A stretch of 63,634 bases of DNA, counting the filler. It is 10 parts of 10 records of this genome, joined end to end, with 100 filler letters (N's around TTAATTAATTAA, not from the genome) between each part and the next. Parts side by side here need not be neighbours in the genome. Positions count along the whole stretch, not along the records: positions 57,697 to 63,634 come from SRR31156797_75051; 9 more parts are not named here. One strand, given 5' to 3'. The translations under genes and the position numbers were made by a program. Below are positions 61,032 through 63,634 of the stretch, piece after piece. The notes beneath the pieces were generated by a model. That model did no database searches, was not told where the DNA came from, and saw only the letters and a list, made by a program, of their open reading frames with translations. The first letter of the stretch is position 1; each line of letters begins with the position of its first letter.

Positions 61032-63128
61032 CTATGCGCTTTCCAGAAGAACATTGGTGTCTAAAATCAAGGCCACTGTGCCATCCCCTAAGATGGTGGC
61101 TCCGGATACATTCTTGATGCCTTTGAAGGCCGGGCCCAAAGGTTTTATAACTGTCTGATGCCCCCCGATCACATGGTCCACAACGAAACCGATACGACTG
61201 TTATTAACATCAGTGATAACTACATGCTCCCTGTCCGGACGATGATTCCCCATGTGAAAACGGTCCCGAAGGCGGATATAAGGCACCATCTCCCCCCGAA
61301 CATTTAGAATATTCCTGCCGTTAATCATTTCGACTTCCTTGCTTTTAATCTCAACACATTCCTCAACAGACATCAAAGGCAGTACAAAAAAATCATCCTC
61401 AATGCGTACAAGCAGACCATTGATAATCGCAAGGGTTAAAGGAAGGATAAGCGTAATTTTGGTCCATTCACCAGGAACGCTGTCAATGTCAATGCGCCCT
61501 CTTAGGGATTCAATGGTTCTTTTTACCACATCCATCCCGACACCGCGGCCGGAGACATTTGTCACGTTCCGAACGGTGGAAAACCCGGGCGCAAATATCT
61601 GGGAAAATATCTTTTTGTCGGATATTTCTGCATGTTCAGAAATTAATCCTCTCTCCACAGCTCTTTGACGGATACTCTTGGCATTGAGCCCTGCCCCGTC
61701 ATCCTGAATCGTAATGACCACATTGGTTCCCTTGTGGCCGGCAGACAGGACAATGGTTCCTTTTTGGGATTTTCCCTTTTGTTCTCTATCCTCAGGGGGT
61801 TCCACCCCATGATCAAGACTGTTGCGGATCAAGTGCACCAGCGGCTCATCAAGACGCTCCAGAACGGTTTTATCAAGTTCTGTTTCAGCGCCCTGGGTCA
61901 CAAGCTCAATCTCTTTGTTGAGCTGGGAGGATAGATCCCGCACCAGACGCCGGAATTTGTTGAAGATGGTGCCGATGGGCATCATTCTGATATTGAGCAC
62001 ACTGTCCCGAAGCTCGCCGGTCAAACGCTCAATTTCTTCCACGGACTCACCTAATTGCGTATCTTCTTTGTTTGACGCCACCTGGGTCAAACGGGCCTGG
62101 GTAATGACCAGTTCGCCCACCAGGTTGATCAACTTGTCAAGCCTGTCTGACGGCACACGCACGGTTGATGCGGCAGAGGATTTATGCATTTTGGTGGCAA
62201 TCGTCTGCTCTGTTAACGCAGACTTGAGCTTCTCTTTGGAAATTGCGCCGGATTCGACCAGTCGCCCACCTGTTTTTTTATGGATGTCGATCTCCTCATC
62301 CGGAATTTTTCTTTCAATGTCACCCGGCTCGACAAAAATATCACCCAATCGCGGCGCAGATACCTGCCGGGATGCAATGACTTTCTCCTCAACGATTTCG
62401 ATGACGATTTCGCAATCATCTTCCACAAATATGAAAACATCTTTGACGGCATTGACACTCTTGGTGGTGGTTAAAATCACTTCCCAGAAAAGATAGCATG
62501 ACTCCGGCGAAAGGTTTTCCAAATCCGGCACTTTTTCCGTCTGGGCTACGACGCAGCACGTCCCCATATCGGCAAGATCATAGAGCAGCATGGCCGGATC
62601 CATGCCGGTGGAAAATATATCCGGATCAGGTGAAAGCCGTATACGATAAACCACTTCGTTTTCCGGCGCAGGTGTAGCCGGTACAAAAATTTCTTCCGGC
62701 GCCTCTTTGGAAGATTTTTCGACGGGTGGTTCAGTGCCGTCGGAATAAAGCAGCGCCTTAAGGGAAGCAACAATTTGCTCCCCTTCCTGGAAATCTACCG
62801 GCGGGCCGCCACCGTTAGCTTCGGCAAGCATTGCCGTGATGCGATCCCGTGACACCAGGATTAAATCGATAAGCGTCTTGGAGACGGGAATCGTTCCGTT
62901 TCGAACATTGTCTAAAACTGTTTCAACGTGATGGGTAAACTCACAAATAGCATCAAACCCGAACATGGACCCGGAACCCTTGATGGTATGCATGGCACGA
63001 AACAATCTGTTCACCGCTTCCTGGTCCCCGGGATTTTCTTCAATATCCAGAACCGCATCTTCAACGCCTGACAGAAGTTCTTCTGCTTCGAGGCAGAACT
63101 CTTCAACGAATCTGCTGGATTCATTCAT
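61032..63128 (-). CDS. cheA: Chemotaxis histidine kinase CheA
   Basis: FRAMHTIKG Hpt domain, HLIRNSLDHG, SGRGVGMDVV, PLTLAI, GATILGDG. Confidence 0.97.
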   Translation of the reverse strand: MNESSRFVEEFCLEAEELLSGVEDAVLDIEENPGDQEAVNRLFRAMHTIKGSGSMFGFDAICEFTHHVETVLDNVRNGTIPVSKTLIDLILVSRDRITAMLAEANGGGPPVDFQEGEQIVASLKALLYSDGTEPPVEKSSKEAPEEIFVPATPAPENEVVYRIRLSPDPDIFSTGMDPAMLLYDLADMGTCCVVAQTEKVPDLENLSPESCYLFWEVILTTTKSVNAVKDVFIFVEDDCEIVIEIVEEKVIASRQVSAPRLGDIFVEPGDIERKIPDEEIDIHKKTGGRLVESGAISKEKLKSALTEQTIATKMHKSSAASTVRVPSDRLDKLINLVGELVITQARLTQVASNKEDTQLGESVEEIERLTGELRDSVLNIRMMPIGTIFNKFRRLVRDLSSQLNKEIELVTQGAETELDKTVLERLDEPLVHLIRNSLDHGVEPPEDREQKGKSQKGTIVLSAGHKGTNVVITIQDDGAGLNAKSIRQRAVERGLISEHAEISDKKIFSQIFAPGFSTVRNVTNVSGRGVGMDVVKRTIESLRGRIDIDSVPGEWTKITLILPLTLAIINGLLVRIEDDFFVLPLMSVEECVEIKSKEVEMINGRNILNVRGEMVPYIRLRDRFHMGNHRPDREHVVITDVNNSRIGFVVDHVIGGHQTVIKPLGPAFKGIKNVSGATILGDGTVALILDTNVLLESA

Positions 63129-63190
63129 AGAACACTTCCTGTGATATACATGTTCAAGACCAAAATCATATTCATTTTAAGGGGCTTGGA

Positions 63191-63556
63191 TCAACGAAGA
63201 ACTTTCTTTACTACGGCAAGCAACTGCTCTGGTTTAAAGGGTTTAACAATCCATCCCGTGGCCCCGGCAGCCTTACCTTTTTGTTTCATTTGTGTCTCGG
63301 ATTCGGTTGTCAGCATAATAATGGGTATAAACTTAAATTTCGGCATGGCCCGGATCCATTCAATCAATTCCAACCCATTCTTGTTGGGCATATTTAAATC
63401 GGTCAGCAGCATATCAATATGGATGCCGGCAAGTTTATCGACTGCATCCCGTCCATCCACAGCTTCAACAACTTCATAGCCGACCTGGCTTAATGTAAAA
63501 CTGACCATCTGTCTTATGCTGGTCGAATCATCCACCGTCATGATGACCTTTGCCAT
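63191..63556 (-). CDS. cheY: CheY-like response regulator
   Basis: VDDS, TDLNMP, MLTTES, GATGWIVKPF; directly upstream of cheA. Confidence 0.92.
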   Translation of the reverse strand: MAKVIMTVDDSTSIRQMVSFTLSQVGYEVVEAVDGRDAVDKLAGIHIDMLLTDLNMPNKNGLELIEWIRAMPKFKFIPIIMLTTESETQMKQKGKAAGATGWIVKPFKPEQLLAVVKKVLR

Positions 63557-63634
63557 TGCTTAAGCCTCCTTAGTATATGAAAGTATTGAGTGGTGAGTAG
63601 TAAAATTTAAAACAAGCTGTGTTCCTCAATACTC

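Overview
This window is not one locus. It is ten contigs of about 5-8 kb joined by 100-nt N spacers carrying TTAATTAATTAA, apparently from an anaerobic metagenome; taxon labels below are inferred from gene content and composition. (1) 1-6294, deltaproteobacterium-like: FadH/OYE flavin oxidoreductase, etfA, 7-heme cytochrome c, membrane Fe-S/CCG oxidoreductase, etfB. (2) 6395-14766, methylotrophic methanogen (Methanosarcinaceae-like): feoAB, FeoC-like gene, RamA-type corrinoid activase, CobW-type GTPase, mtaC, mtaB. (3) 14867-20626, Desulfobacteraceae-like: hutW divergent from a six-gene TtpC-type TonB system. (4) 20727-27265, alphaproteobacterium: ileS, ribF, M23 peptidase, TraR/DksA, DUF302, YeeE/YedE, rhodanese. 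(5) 27366-33413, FCB-group-like: lptC, kdsC, pyrG, gatC, pepD, nagB, with REP-like and heptamer repeats. (6) 33514-40492: PAS/PocR histidine kinase, orphan ModA-like lipoprotein, tRNA-Arg(ACG), methyltransferase, rhodanese-DoxX pair, cheV. (7) 40593-46437: glycan-degradation genes. (8) 46538-51766: HydABC-type [FeFe]-hydrogenase genes with interleaved maturases. (9) 51867-57596, Phycisphaerae-like: lnt, HEAT lipoprotein, coiled-coil protein, an unlisted 51-aa membrane protein, mreB, mreC. (10) 57697-63634: che operon. No CRISPR array, rRNA or transposase was seen. Best leads: the OYE-ETF-multiheme electron chain, the uncharacterised genes and structured leader ahead of mreBC, non-canonical HydA H-cluster motifs, a palindrome shared upstream of the activase and mtaCB, and a REP element inside lnt.
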